Assembly (NCBI RefSeq): GCF_963921235.1
Contig: NC_086109.1
Coordinates: 21,020,001 to 21,084,000, forward strand
DNA: 64,000 bases
Direction: 5' to 3'
Origin: Mobula hypostoma
Taxonomy: Eukaryota
This document shows positions 38,251 through 52,600 of the stretch, piece after piece. Under the pieces are notes generated by a model. That model was given only the letters and a program-made list of their open reading frames with translations. It had not been told where the DNA came from and searched no databases. Numbering within the stretch: the stretch's first letter is position 1; every line of letters starts with the position of its first letter. The translations under genes and the position numbers were made by a program.

Positions 38251-41200
38251 ATTTTGCTGGGTCTGTGTGTCCCAGAAATAGGTACACAAAGAAATCCAGT
38301 TCCCTTCAAACACCAACGCCTTCCAATCTCTCAAAATTTAAAAAGTACTCTGTCTTTATACTTTATCTACAAAAGTGGATGACCTCATATTTTCCCACAA
38401 TATATTCACTGGCTATTTTCTCACCCATTTACTTAGCCTATCTATATCCGCCAGAGGACTCCCTGCATTATATTCATAATCCTCATTGCCAAACTTTGAA
38501 GAGTCAGCAGACTTGGATAGATAGCTCGACACTTTCTAGTCCGGTGCCCTTGGGATCCAGCTTTTGTTAGACCACAGAAAATGCCAGAAATTGCCCCCAT
38601 TCATTTTCCCCTGAACAGGAGAACAGTTCACATTTATGTACTGGACACCCCATCAGCTTCATGAGGGCTCCATCTTTGAAAACGGCTGGTAACCTAAAGT
38701 TTCAGTAAGTCAGAAATACTAAACACGAGAGATTCTGCAGACCCTGGAAATCCGGACTAATACACATAAAATGGTAAAGGAACTCAGCAGATCAGTCAGA
38801 AGCACTGTTGGCTTAGCTAGCAAAAGTTACACTGACAGATTAATTAAGTACACGTCTGCACTACATATCAAACACATGCCAGATCATAGAGTGCTGAACC
38901 AGAGATTCAAGCTGTACAACACTTGATCCTCTAAACCACAGCATTGATATTGATTGTAAGAATTTACAGTTTTATGCACATCCCCCACTTCCTTCATCAA
39001 CCATCAGTGGTTGTGACGTTAATAGTTTAGATCCTGATCTCTGTACTTCCTTTGCCAAACTGTACCACCTCTATAGACATTTCCTCGATGATGCTTCTTA
39101 AACACCAACTGTGTGATCCACCTTCAAGTCCCTATCATCTTCTAGCATGACTCTGTGGGAAATCTTCCATCTCCAGAAACTATTCTGCTTTGAGAGCAGC
39201 ACAAATGTACAAGATGAACTCTCAAGTCCTTCAGGATAGTTGAGCTAATTTAGAATTGGAAGTTATCCAAATGATTTTGTGAGGCGAGCAAGTAAAAAAT
39301 AGCTGTTATGATGCACATTACCACCACTAAATATGTCTGAGACATGGCATGGCCGAAGTGTTTTCGTACTGTCATTGCTGCCACACCTGAAGGGCAGCAG
39401 ACACAACGGGGAGAACGCGATGGGGGAAAGCAAGAGGCGCTATCACGTTGGTAACAACTTCAATACTATTCAAATAGTGGGTCTGAGTTCACAAGCCACT
39501 GCACGAATGGGTTTAGTTCAACCCCTCACATGATTTGCCTCAGCATTTGCAGACGACTGTAGGCGTTCAGTCGTTAACTATGATCAGCACTTACCAAATC
39601 AATGAGTGTTAAGTGAGAAAGAGTGCACTCATGTACATCATCGGCTGGGATAATGAATAATGGAGCAACTTTGAGTGGCTCTACGGCTTTTGTTTGTATC
39701 CTTTGGAAGTGATACAGAGTTATTGCTTTGGGTGAATGAAATTTCTTCTGAACTGGGGAAAATCTGAGATTAAACAAATTTGTTAATCAAGAAGAGAGCA
39801 TTAGTCTATGAATGTATGTGATGTGATTTTATTTCCCCTCCCTGACAGCATTGCAGATTGCTCGTAAATCACAGTCAAAAATACAAAACTTGTGTCTTTG
39901 CACTGCAAACAACAAAGTTCTTGTCATACAAGTAGGTGATAATAAGCCTGATTTTGAATCGCATATGGTACCCAATATGCACCAAGCAAGTGATGTGCAT
40001 TGCAGATGGGAACATTTTACGTTGGCATTTGTGCAAACTGATGGAGCAACTGAGAACGGCAAGCACCAAGATCATAAGAAGAAGAGACAATTACAAGGAC
40101 TGGAAGAACAAAGTGATCACAATGACTGTTACCGGAGCTTGTGAATACGATCCTGTCCCATTAACATTCTTCAGTTATATGAGCTTCATTCCCCATAGCT
40201 TGCTGCACTATCCTGAAATTGGCCACGACAGGGATGAGTGAAGTGGCTTCTTTACATGAAATCAAATCTATTGCAATAAAGTATTCATAACCTAATCAAA
40301 CCCACAGTGTCCCTTGGGCTAACTTCAATTTTCGAACAGCAATTCTGTATTTCACTTGATTGCACTTCCCAGATATCTGAAGGTGATTCCCATTCAGCAG
40401 ATTGACAGACAGTGAACATTTATATTGACAGTCATCATATCAGCCCCATATCCTTCAGCATCTCCTTTGCCTTGTTGTCAGATGGTTTCTCTGACATTCT
40501 GACTTGGATGAGCTGCTATTTGTTCTAGCAGAATAGCGAGAAGGACAAAGACGCTCCTCACCCCTGAAAAGCATCTCATCCAACACGTAAACTTCAGTTC
40601 CCTGTCTGACCTGTGTCTGAGGCTGAACTTGATAGCCTGCATCTTTGATGTTATAGTGGTATCACGATTAATTATCACCACCTTGGAATTGTGTGCTTTC
40701 AAACCTGCACTAACCATTAATTTTTAGACTTGACTGCTCCAGTCCTTTCCTTATTGGCACCCAATTCCCCAACTTCCAAAAACTTATACAAAACAGCCTG
40801 CACCCCCTCTCACTCACCACTTACCCATTTCACTAATCATACTGTTCTTGCATTCCTCAGGGACTTAGACTTGTCTCATGCCTATGTTCGAATCCCTCTA
40901 CACTCTTCCCTCTGACCCCATAATCTTCTCCATCCCTGAAGCCCCATTGAAACTCAGCCTTCTACTGATGAATCCTCCACCCCTGACTGTAGCCATGTGG
41001 TAGGCCTTTTAGCCAACAAGAGCCCAACTTTGTCCCTAAATAGATGACTCCCTGCATCCCCCACAGCCCTTGCTCTGACCGAGATTTTGTTAACGTCCAC
41101 CCAATCAATCACTCTCAGTAATGGCTTCTTCAGCTCAGATTCCAACTTTTAAAAAACTGCTGCAAATGAACATTTTGAGGTAATCTTGGTTCCTATTTCC

Positions 41201-44200
41201 TTAAACAATGAGATTCCGCTCTTCCAACAAAATTCTAGTGTCCGGTCGTCATTTAAATACCTACTTTTCAATCCTGTCAGCTGTTAATAAAACATTTTGA
41301 TTCTTGAAGTGAGCTATTGAAGATAATGTGAATGTGAAACAACAAGCACTCTGTGTAGGTGGCTTCGCAAACCTTCTACATGAGCCTCTAAAAAAGGATT
41401 TTCACTAAATCTCATATTTACTGAGAAACATTCTGGAACAGATCAAAAGGGCAGTTATAAAGCTTAAAGAAGAGATTCAGTCAGCATTTTAAAAATACAT
41501 TTCTAAATGAGGAATCTCGAAGTGATGAGACTGCAACTATTAAATCCCATAGGAAGCTCAAGAGGAACATAGAATAGCTACAATGTGAAATCTGTCAGAA
41601 TATGGAAGTGACCAAAAAGGACATATACCAGAAGTGCTGTGTTCACAGAGCTCTCAGCATTGATAAGAGCCCCTCCCATCGTCCCACAATCTCTTTGACC
41701 TCCTACCCCAACAGAAGGTACCGCAGTATAAGAACAAGGGCTGTCAGGCTGGGTAACAGCTTCTTCCCCCCCAGCTGTGAGAACTCTGAACACCCTGTCA
41801 CCACCCCGTACACATTACTTATGACAGCGCCGTCAGCATTATACTGTTGTATAATTAACTTTATGTCATTATATGCAGTTTATGTCAACTTGTACATCTA
41901 CATACTTATTTCAATTACCTGTTAATATTATCATGCTAATATTACTTTATGTGCTGAATGTGACACATGTACTGTGTTATGCATCTTAGTCCCAGAGGAA
42001 CATTGCTTTGCTGTATACATGTGTGTGGTTGAATAACAATTAACTTGAACTTGAAATTGAGCTGAGGTGAAAAGTTTTAAGGGAAAGTGATATGATTGAG
42101 TAAGGAATTCTAGGTTCTGTATATTGATGCAGATATTTGTTTAGGACAGGGGTACATGCACCCCTTGGTTAATGGTAAGGATCTAGGGCTTAAAAGAGGT
42201 TGAGAACTCTTGGTTTAGGAGGTGCTTCTATGAAACATAACCAGTTGATCCAAAAGACTGTCTGTGAACATTGTGCTTTCTATGTAAAAGGAAAAGTTCA
42301 GAAAATATCACAGCAAGGCCAAAAATAGGATGCCAGCTAAGAACTACTACTTCCATTTCTTTCCCAAGGGGACTTATCGTCCCCAAATTTGGGATAACCA
42401 TAGAGTAAGAAAAATAAATCTTGAGCATTTCTTAAAAAGGTATGGTGACTATCTGTATGCCCAACGCTCTAAGCAGATCCTGAAAGGATAAACAGCATAA
42501 GCTTAATATACTCTCTGAAAGGTAGCACTTCAGACAGTGTGCAGTCTCTCAGAAATGCACTGGACTGTTCAGCATGCATTATTCCCTCTAGCCTTTGAAG
42601 TGTTACTCAAACACATGATTTTCTGATTCTAACAAGAAGCATGTCTGCCAATGAACAGAAAACTACCTATCTATAAAGTAATAAATCCATTTATTATTGG
42701 GGGTGGGAGTGTAAAATAAAATTAGTGAAATCATTTGTTGTAATTCTTTGTTGGGCATTCTTTATCTAACAGCTGGGAAACAGAGCAGTGAATAGAGGTA
42801 ATGTAGCAAATAATTGTTCCATGTCATGTTGGAATCAACATTAAATACTTCCCACTGAAATTCAGCCTTCCTATCATTTGCAATGTCATCAAACTTTCTC
42901 AAAGTACTTATCAAATCAGATCTTTTCATCCATTGGATTCAAAAGGGCTTGGTACAAAGAGAGAATCTCTCATGAGGACTCTTTGAAGGATCTTATGAAG
43001 ACACTCAATCCAATGAACCTGGCATTATGTCTCCTTAGTAATCAGTCACCCATTCATTTGGCATTCTTCCCGCAAACAACAGGCCATCAAAGATGATATT
43101 TCATAATCAATCACCTCATTACTCCCTGATTTATCCTATCTGTAGTTATGCTCTTTTGAACCAGGTCTTGAAACCATGGATACAAGTTTCTCGGAAATAA
43201 TGATCTCATGTACTGGACTTGGCTCTGGATCAAAACACTGAAAAAAAAAGATTTAGTACCTTTCCTTCATCCGAACGTTGGTCTTTTGTGATAAAGGGGT
43301 AAGGAAAGATGTTTGATTCATGCTTTCCATTGCCACCTGCACTCCCCCCCCCTCCACCCACATCCTCACCCACTCACCACTCCACTGGCATGAGAACCAC
43401 GTTTCGCTGTCTGTGGGTGAAGCTTAGAATTACATATTGCTGTCGTATAGATTCTTGCTGCCCTGATGAAAGAGACGTATCCAGATTCTTGTGATGCAAT
43501 CAGCTATTGAATCCATGGCAGAACACACATTTGCACATGTAATAGTATGGAAGTCCAATTGGGTGGAGAGAATATGCTCTTGATTTCTGGTTACTTGTTT
43601 TGCTGCCAAAGAAAATTCACTGAAAAGTAATCTATTTCCTGGTAGCTCATTGCAATTCACCAACATTGCCACATACCTAAGCTTTGGGAACCTCTGAGTC
43701 TGCAGTCAGGATTGCCTCTGAAGTATACATAGTGCAACCTCTAATGAAAAAGATACAAACCGGATAATCTCAATAATGGGAAGGGGTGGTAGAATGGGTT
43801 AAATCACAACGATAGATCGCATTGATTAGATTTGCAACCTCTTAATCATGGAAGGTTGGGGATTAATGAGATTAAAGTGCTGATGATAATGGAAGGAATT
43901 GTTGATATTTTCTTTACTGGCAGATCCAGATTAAAGTATTGTGTAACTACAGGCAGTCATTCAATGGGGATTTATGGAAGGTTTTGCTCATGCCAAGTGA
44001 AATGGACATTGACCTCTCTCCCTTGAAACATTCCTACTTTGGGATTTTCTGCTCTCTAATTCTGCCCAGAGGCCCATCCCCAAAAGTCATTAGTCTACAA
44101 TTCCCAGCTTTCCATCACCTGACCATTTGCCACCCCTCTGTAATATTTAAATTTATACAGATGTCCTGTTGAAAGTGTTCTTATCGGCAACATCATGGCC

Positions 44201-44607
44201 TGCTAATGGCAATTCCAATGTACAGGAACGTCAGAAGCCGCAGAGACTAGCGGACTCTGCCCAACACATCGCCTTCCCCATCGGTAGTATCTGCAGGAGG
44301 CGCCGCCACAGGAAGGTAATACCCAATATCAAAGATCCCCACCACCTGGGCAATGCCACCTTCTCACAGCTACCGTCGGGCAGCTGGTACAGAAGCCTGA
44401 AGACCCAACCCACCAGGCTTAAGAACAACTACTCCCCTTCGGCCATTTGGCTCTTGAACCAACTATCACTACAGTTTAGCAACACTGACACTATTTTGAC
44501 CATTTGGTATTAAAATGTACTTGGTGTTTTTTGTTCTAATTGTGTTCTTTCTTGTATAATGGTAATTATGTTTACATTAATGTTTTTCTGTGCACACCAC
44601 TTAAATA

Positions 44608-45220
44608 TTGACATTTATTTCAAGGGGAATAGAATATAAAAGCAAGGAGATAATGCTGAGCCTTTATAAGACACTAGTCAGGCCACACTTAAGAGTATTG
44701 TCAACAGTTTTGGGCCCCATATCTCAGAAAAGATGTGCTGTCATTGGAGAGAGTCCAAAAGATGATTCCAGGAATGAAGGGGTTAACATATGAGGAGTGT
44801 TTGGCAGCTTTGGGCCAAATTTAGAAGAATTTGGGGGGGAGGGATCTCATTGAAACTTACTGAATGTTGAAAGGACTAGATAGGGTGGATGTGGAGAGGA
44901 TGTCTCCTGTGGTGTGGGTATCCAGAACTAGAGGGCACAACCTTCAAATTGAGGGCCGACCCTTTAGAACAGATGTAAGGAGGAATTTTTTTAGCCAGAG
45001 ATTAGTCATCTGTGGAATACTCTGCCACGGACTGTGGTGGAGGCCAAGTCCACGCGTATATTTAAAGTTGACCGTGTCCTGATCGGTCAGGGCATCAAAG
45101 GATAAGGCAAGAAGGCAGGTGTATGGGGTTGAGTGGGATCCGGGATCAGCCATGATAGAATGGCGGAGCAGACTCGATGGGCTGAATGGCCTAATTCTGC
45201 TCCTACGTCTTATGATGCCA
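44608..45220 (+). mobile_element. CR1 3' fragment
   Basis: FISRGIEYKSKEIML.LYKTLVRPHL; TRGHNLQIEGRPFRT.VRRNFFSQR. Confidence 0.85.
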
Positions 45221-45379
45221 TGTGCTCGTGGTGTTGCTGAATATTGCACATATATATTGTATTTCTGCATATGCCAATAACCTCTACCATATCTCTGAGG
45301 TTGTGATGAAATTATCTGTATGCATAGCAGGCAAAATGCAAATTTTCACTGTATCTAGGTGACAATAAAAGTTAGCAAT

Positions 45380-47230
45380 TTAATGGCAGGACCCTTAACA
45401 TGTATACAGTGAACAGCAGCATCCTTAACAACTTTGTTGTACAGAGGGATCTCAGGGTCTAAGTCCATACCGCCCTGAAAGTGGCAACACAAGAAGGTAG
45501 ATGGTAAAGTGGGTGTTTGACCGCGCTTGCCTGCATGGGTTGGGGCACTGAGTATAACAGTTGGGAAGTCATGTTACAGTTACTCAATAGGTCACTTGGA
45601 GTTTTGTGTAGAGTAATGGGTGCCCTATTTCGAGAAAGATGTGGAGTCTTTGGAGAGAATATACAAGCAAGGAGGTAATTCTGAGACTATATGGCATTGG
45701 CCAGACCATGTTTGGAGTATTGTAAGCAGTTTTGGGCCCTTTTTGTAGAAAAGGATGTGCTGGCATTCGAGAGGGTCCAGGCGAGGTCCAAGAGAATGAT
45801 CCCAGGAGTGTTTGGTCTGCATCTGTACTCACTGGAGTTTAGAAGAATGAGGAGGCATCTCACTGAACCCTATCATATATTAAGGCCTTCTCATGTGGCT
45901 TAGGCTCTAAGCCCGGCGGAACTGTTTCTACTGACAGGAGAAGGGGCGAAGGTGGGTCCTGACGCCTTAAAACCAGTGCTTCGAGTAGATGGAGCTCATC
46001 AGCCTGGGAAGGCAGTCCATCTAAGAGAGGGAAAACTCTGATTTCAAACCTCTGCTGCCTTGTGGCCATACCCACTTATGGGAAAGGCTTCGGACAAATC
46101 CGGAGCTGGAGTCCCTCAGGCAGTCCGACGTTGCCTTCAACCTTGTTCTGGCAACTCCTGCGACGACACTGGTGCCAGGCTGTATCAGCCCTTGCCCTTC
46201 CCTTTGACAACATCGGTGTCGTAGAGAGGAGAGACTTGCAGCATGGGCAACTGCCGGTCTTCCATACAACCTTGCCCAGGCCTGTGCCCTGGAGAGGACA
46301 CTCCAGCGTCGCCTCACTGCGACAGACTGAAGCGAGACTTTCCAGGCGCAGTTCCATGGTCTCGCGAGACTAACGGATGCCACCACTAGAAAGATAAGAT
46401 GTGAAGAAGATGGTTCTAATAGTGGGAGAGTCTAGGACCAGAGGGCACAGCCTTGGAATATAAGGACATTCCTTTAGAACAGAGATGAGGAGAAATTCCT
46501 CTAGCCAGAGGCTGGTGAATCTGTGAAATTCAATCCCACAGCCAGCTGTGGAGGCCAAGTCATTGAGTACATTTAAAGCTGAGGTCGACAGATACTCATT
46601 TAGTAAGGATGTCGAAGGCTATGCAGAGAAGACAGCAGAATGGGTTTGAGAGGGATAATAAATCAACCACGATGGAATGGCGGAGCAGGCATGATGGGAT
46701 GAATAGCCTCATTCTGCCCCTATGTTTTATGGTCTTATTTCCTAGTGCAGAGGAGGTTTACCAGTATTCTGCTTGGATTAGAGGGTAGGACAACTTGGAC
46801 GCTTTTTGTTCTGGAATACAGGAGGCCAAAGGGAAATGAGAGAAATTTATACAATTATAAGGTGTATAGTTAGAGTAGATAGTCAAAATCTTTTTGATCC
46901 CAGAGTAGAAATGTCAAGTACTAGAGGTCAAAGCTTTAACGAGAGATGGGGGCACGTTTAAAGGAGATTTACAGGGCATATTTTTCAAATGGAGGTGGTA
47001 GGTGTGTAGATTATTGCCGTTTGAGAGATTATATTGTGTTTCTTGGATTCACTGTCAGGGTTGTAAATGTTGACATATATGTACTCTGATGATAAACATA
47101 CTTTGAACTTTTAGACAGGGACGTGAAGGTGTAGGGAGTGGAGGGATGTGGATCATGTGCAGGGAGGTGGGTAGTTTAATTGGTCATTAGGTTCAGCACA
47201 GACACCACGGGCCTTTTCCTGAGCTGTTCT
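45380..47230 (+). mobile_element. Mosaic of nested CR1 fragments
   Basis: Several overlapping CR1 C-terminal and 3' UTR segments; interrupted at 45884-46386. Confidence 0.65.
45884..46386 (+). mobile_element. RTE-like non-coding element (5'-UTR-derived)
   Basis: Shares tggcttag..aagcccggc.gaac.gtttct..tgacaggagaagggg...ccttaaaaccagt with 52980-53250. Confidence 0.55.
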
Positions 47231-47689
47231 GTCTAAACGCAGGACAGAATTGAAACCCAGTCGCCGAAGCGGCGAGGCAGAACCTCTACTTGATGTACCT
47301 ACTGTGCTTCTCTTGTTTTGTTCAACGGTGGCTAAATTGTTTCTTAATTGTACGAAGGAGAAATTCATGTGCGAACAGGTGTCCGGGCCAGTATTTATCC
47401 CACGGCAAAGAGAGTGCTCAGATCATGACCCTGTCGTTCAGAATGAATATTCGTGTCCAAACTGTTGCGTTTCCTATATTGTTAACAACGGCCACCCTTC
47501 TAAAATAGTTACATGAAAAGTACTCGAGATTATAAAGTACGCTACGTGAAATCAAACTGTTTTCATTAGCAACTTTTTCCCCCTTATTTTCACGCCTCCC
47601 TACTTCGTCCGTGCTAATTGTCTGAGTTGAGAGAGCAAGTTCAATGCTCTCTACCTACTTATTCTAACGTTAAGAAGGATGCAGCTATC

Positions 47690-48220
47690 GAGACCCCTCC
47701 AGTGGGGGTGAATGTACTCACTCTGCGTATCCCGTGTCCCAGGGTAGCAACTTCTTCCTGCCTTGCCCAGGTACCAGGATAGGTCTACTAGTGTGATCCC
47801 CCGCCCGCTGAGCTTCCTCGGGGCTCAGGAACAGGAATGGCGGCCGTGAATACGGAAATCTGGTATGGCACCCCGCACTGCTACTGGGGTTCGAGCTGGA
47901 GCCGGTGCTAGGAGCGATACCGCTGACCAGCTGAGCGACCGTCGCTTTCATTCGGCTGATCATCCTAAATCCGTCCGCCCCGCGCTGCCAAGGTAGCGAA
48001 CGCACCTCCCGCTCCACCCGATAGTCGCGCATAGGCGGGGGCAACGGAGCGCACGCCGGCGTCAGACCCGCCTCCCGGTAACAACACAGAGAGACCGGGA
48101 CAAATGGGATTAGCGAAGTGTTAACACGGGGGAAGAGGGATGTGTTAGAAAATATGGCGATTAAAGCACGAGTGGACACATAGTAGAACATAATGTAGCG
48201 AGGCGTCGGACACCGAGGTG
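47690..48220 (-). promoter_or_regulatory. CpG-rich promoter/first-exon region of the phosphatase gene
   Basis: Dense CpG and GC-box-like motifs (ccgccc, ggcggg) over and upstream of exon 1, against a CpG-depleted background. TSS not determinable. Confidence 0.65.
47722..47963 (-). CDS. PPM1J: PP2C phosphatase (PPM1J-like), coding exon 1
   Basis: ATG at 47963 (agg ATG context) reads MISRMKATVAQLVSG...FPYSRPPFL...LPWDTGYAE, matching the PPM1H/J N-terminus. Donor GA|gtgagt at 47721, phase 2. Confidence 0.88.
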
Positions 48221-49179
48221 TTTAAAATTATGAGGAGAAAGTTGGGTCTACTGAAGGTGGTGGATACAGCCCAGTCTATCGCAGACATAGTCCTCCCCAC
48301 CATTGAGCGCCAAGTACAAGCGGCGCTGCCACAAAGAAAGCAGCAAACATCACCAACGACTCCTACCATCCAGGCCATATGTTCCTTTCGCTACTACTAC
48401 CCTCGATCAGGCTCCTGAACCAGAGCGGACACCTCATTCACCACAATTCTGAACCAATTTTACTACCTACAGTCTCTGTCAATGACTCTTTACGACTCAC
48501 GTCGTCTGTATTATTTGTATTTGCCCAGTTTGTCTTTTTTTGCACATTTGACGTTTGTTCGTTAGTCTTTGTTTATATATCTTTTTCCTCTCTGAAGCCT
48601 ATCACTCCCACTGGGCCACAGGCCCAACGGCAGCCATTCGCTAGAATCCTCTATCCTGGGCCAGTCTTTCAAGTTGTCCCTTGGTGTAGCCCATCTTCAA
48701 AGGTTCGTCCTCTCCTCTTTGGGGGCTTCTGGTGGTGTTACTACAGCCCTGGATTTCTTACAGGATGCGGTTGCTAGCGCTGTGCTCAATCCTCCTCCTT
48801 GCACAGCTTGGCTTGGGACTGTCCATGGCAGAGTACTGTTTACATATGGCTTTTTATAAAATTCTATTGTACTTCTCTGCTCTAAATGCCTGAAAGGAAA
48901 TGAATCTTATGTAGCAATATGCTGGAGGAACTCAGCAGGCCAGGCAGTATCGATGGAAAAAAAGTACAGATGATGCTTCGGACCGAAACCCTAAGGTGTG
49001 TTGTTTGGATTTCCAGCGTCTGCAGATTTTCTCATGTACGTAAATATCGGAATCAGATTTAATATCACCGGCATATATGTCGTGAACTTTGTTAACTTTA
49101 CCAAAGCTGTACAATGAAATACATGAGAGATAAATGTAGAGAAAAAAACTGAGTTACATTACGTGTGTATATGTCTATT

Positions 49180-50935
49180 GTACTTTATTGTCGCCAAACA
49201 ATTGATACTAGAACGTACAAACATCAGCGATATTTGATTCTGCACTTCCCGCTCCCTGGATTACAAATCAATAGTAAATATTAAAAACTTAAATTATAAA
49301 TCATAAATAGAAAATAGAAAAATGGAAAGTAAGGTAGTGCAAAAAAACCGAGATGCAGGACTGGATATTTGGAGGGCACGGCCCAGATCTGGGTCAGGAT
49401 CCATTCAGCAGTCTTATCACAGTTGGAAAGAGGCTGTTCCCAAATCTGGCCGTACGAGTCTTCAAGCTCCTGAGCCTTCTCCCGGAGGGAAGAGGGACGA
49501 AAAGTGTGTTGGCTGGGTGGGTTGTGTCCTTGATTATCCTGGCAGCACTGCTCCGACAGCGTGCAGTGTAAAGTGAGTCCAAGGACGGAAGATTGGTTTG
49601 TGTGATGTGCTGCGCCGTGTTCACGATCTTCTGCAGCTTCTTCTGGTCTTGGACAGGACAACTTCCATACCAGGTTGTGATGCACCCTAGAAGAATGCTT
49701 TCTACTGTGCATCTATAAAAATTAGTGAGGATTTTAGGGGACAGGCCAAATTTCTTTAGTTTTCTCATGAAGTAAAGGTGCTGGTGGGCCTTCTTGGCAG
49801 TGGACTCTGCTTGGTCGGACCAAGTCAGGTCATTTGTGATATTGACCCCGAGGAACTTAAAGTTTTTGACCTGTTCCACTTGCGCACCACAGATGTAAAT
49901 TGGGTCGTGCGGTCCGCTACTCCTTCTGAAGTCAACAACCAATTCCTTCGTCTTGCTGACGTTGAGGGATAGGTTATTGTCTTCTCACCATGCCACCAGG
50001 TTCTTAATTTCCTCTCTGTACTCAAACTCATCATTACCTAAGATACGGCGTACAATTGTTGTGTCATCAGCAAACTTATATATTGAGTTCAATGGGAACT
50101 TGGCTACACAATCATGGGTGTACAGTGAGTACAGCTGGGGGCTGAGTACACAGCCTTGTGGGGCACCGGTGCTCAGAGTGATTGTAGAGGAGAGCTTGTT
50201 CCCTATTTTTACAGCCTGGGTCCTGTCTGTAAGGAAGTTGAAGATCCAGCTGCAGATCTGAGTGCTAAGGCCCAGGTTCCGGAGCTTAGGAATCAGTTTA
50301 TTTGGAATGATGGTATTAAAGGCAGAGCTGTAGTCAATGAAAAGGAGCCTTACGTATGCTTCTTTATTCTCCAGGTGTTCTAAGGAGGAATGTAGGGCCA
50401 GAGAGATGGCATCTGACGTTGACCTGTTGCTCTGGTAGGCGAATTGCAAAGCGTCAAAGTTGACCGGTAGGCTGTGGTTGATGTGTGCCAAAACCAATCT
50501 CTCGAAGCACTTCACAGCAATTGATGTCAGAGCCACAGGTCGATAGTCAATCAGGCATGCCATCTTGCTCTTCTTCGGCACTGGGATTATCGTTGCCTTC
50601 TTAAAACACGAGGGGATCTTAGACTGAAGCAAGGAGCAGTTGAAGATGTCAGCAAACACTCCAGATAGCTCGCTTGCACAGGCCTGGAGAACCCATCCCG
50701 GGACGCCATCTGGGCCCGTCACCTTCCTTGGTTTTATCTTCAGGAAGGCCCTTCTATCGTCTTCCTCGGTGATGATGAATATCGATGCCACCAGGTCCGG
50801 TTCATCCGGAGGGAGCGGGATGCTCCTCTTCTGTTCGAATCTTGCGTAGAATACGTTAAGTTCGTCAGGAAGAGAAGCGCCACAGTTACTGATATCCCCA
50901 GCCTTTTCTTTGTGCCCAGTGATCTCGTTAAGCAG
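49180..50935 (-). mobile_element. Rex1/Babar LINE, 5'-truncated RT with one frameshift near 49985
   Basis: GPDGVPG, DYRPVALTS, LLFIDYSSAFNTI, GAPQGCVLSP, KFADDT, then VDFR...FKFLG C-terminal domain. Confidence 0.92.
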
Positions 50936-50959
50936 TGAAGTTAAAATAAGTAATGCAAA

Positions 50960-52600
50960 ATAAGACCATAAGACCATAAGACAAAGGAGCAGAAGTAGGC
51001 CATTCGGCCCATCGAGTCTGCTCCGCCATTTTATCATGAGTTGATCCATTTTATCCTATTTAGTCCCACTGCCCCACCTTCTCACCATAACCTTTGATGC
51101 CCTGGCTACTCAGATACCTATCAATCTCTGCCTTAAATACGCCCAATGACTTGGCCTCCACTGCTGCCCGTGGCAACAAATTCCATAGATTCACCACCCT
51201 CTGACTAAAAAAATTTCTTCGCATTTCTGTTCTGAAAGGGCGCCCTTCAATCCTGAAGTCATGCCCTCTCGTACTAGACTCCCCCATCATGGGAAACAAC
51301 TTTGCCACATCCACTCTGTCCATGCCTTTTAACATTCGAAATGTTTCTATGAGGTCTCCGCTCATTCTTCTAAACTCCAAGGAATACAGTCCAAGAGCGG
51401 ACAAACGTTCCTCATATGTTAACCCTCTCATTCCCGGAATCATTCTAGTGAATCTTCTCTGTACCCTCTCCAACATCAGCACATCCTTTCTTAAATAAGG
51501 AGACCAAAACTGCCCACAGTACTCCAAGTGAGGTCTCACCAGCGCCTTATAGAGCCTCAACATCACATCCCTGCTCCTATACTCTATTCCTCTAGAAATG
51601 AATGCCAACATTGCATTTGCCTTCTTCACTACTGACTCAACCTGGAGGTTAACTTTAAGGGAATCCTGTACGAGGACTCCCAAGCCCCGTTACATCTCAG
51701 AACTTTGAATTCTTTCCCCATTTAAATAATAGTCTGCCCGTTTATTTTTTCTGCCAAAGTGCATAACCATACACTTTCCAACATTGTACTTCATTTGCCA
51801 CTTCTCTGCCCATTCTTCCAATCTATCCAAGTCTCTGCAGACTCAACGTTTCCTCAGCACTACCGGCCCCTCCACCTATCTTCGTATCGTCAGCAAACTT
51901 AGCCACAAAGCCATCTATTCCATAATCCAGATCGTTGATGTACAATGTAAAAAGAAGCGGCCCCAACACTGATCCCTGTGGAACACCACTGGTAACTGGC
52001 AGCCAACCAGAATAGGATCCCTTTATTCCCACTCTCTGTTTCCTGCCAATCAGCCAACGCTCTATCCCGTAATTCCATGGGCTCTTATCTTGTTAAGTAG
52101 CCTCATGTGTGGCACCTTGTCAAAGGCCTTCTGAAAATCCAAATATACAACATCCACTGCACCTCCCTTGTCTAGCCTACTGGTAATTTCCTCAAAAAAT
52201 TGTGATAGGTTTGTCAGGCAGGATTTTCCTTTAAGGAATCCATGCTGAGTTCTGCCTATCTTGTCATATGCCTCCAGGTACTCTGAAACCTCATCCTTGA
52301 CAATCAACTCCAACAACTTCCCAACCACCGACGTCAAGCTAACAGGTCTATAATTTCCTTTTTGCTTCCTTGCCCCCTTCTTAAATAGCGGAGTGACATT
52401 TGCAATCTCCCAGTCCTCCGGAACCGTGCCAGTATCTATCGACTTTTGAAAGATAATTGCTAATGCCTCCGCAATCTCCACAGCTACTTCCTTCAGAACA
52501 CGAGGGTGCATTCCATCTGGTCCGGGAGATTTATCGACCTTTAGCCTATTCAGCTTCCTGAGTACTTCCTCTGTCGTAATTGTGACTGCGCACACTTCTC
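50960..52600 (-). mobile_element. Young CR1 LINE, 5'-truncated
   Basis: [53 protein letters not shown]; (tggtctta)n tail; two frame breaks. Confidence 0.93.

Noticed and set aside
39851..40241. Overlapping ~100-aa ORFs in intron 1
   Set aside because: No recognisable domain and no convincing splice context.
49394..49942. Host gene (ALKBH8-like N-terminal match)
   Set aside because: It is the C-terminal part of the Rex1 RT ORF, and is repeated at 25598-25935.
49985..51049. 354-aa ORF as a single gene
   Set aside because: Chance read-through from a CR1 3' UTR into a truncated Rex1 RT; the first ~40 residues are not RT.
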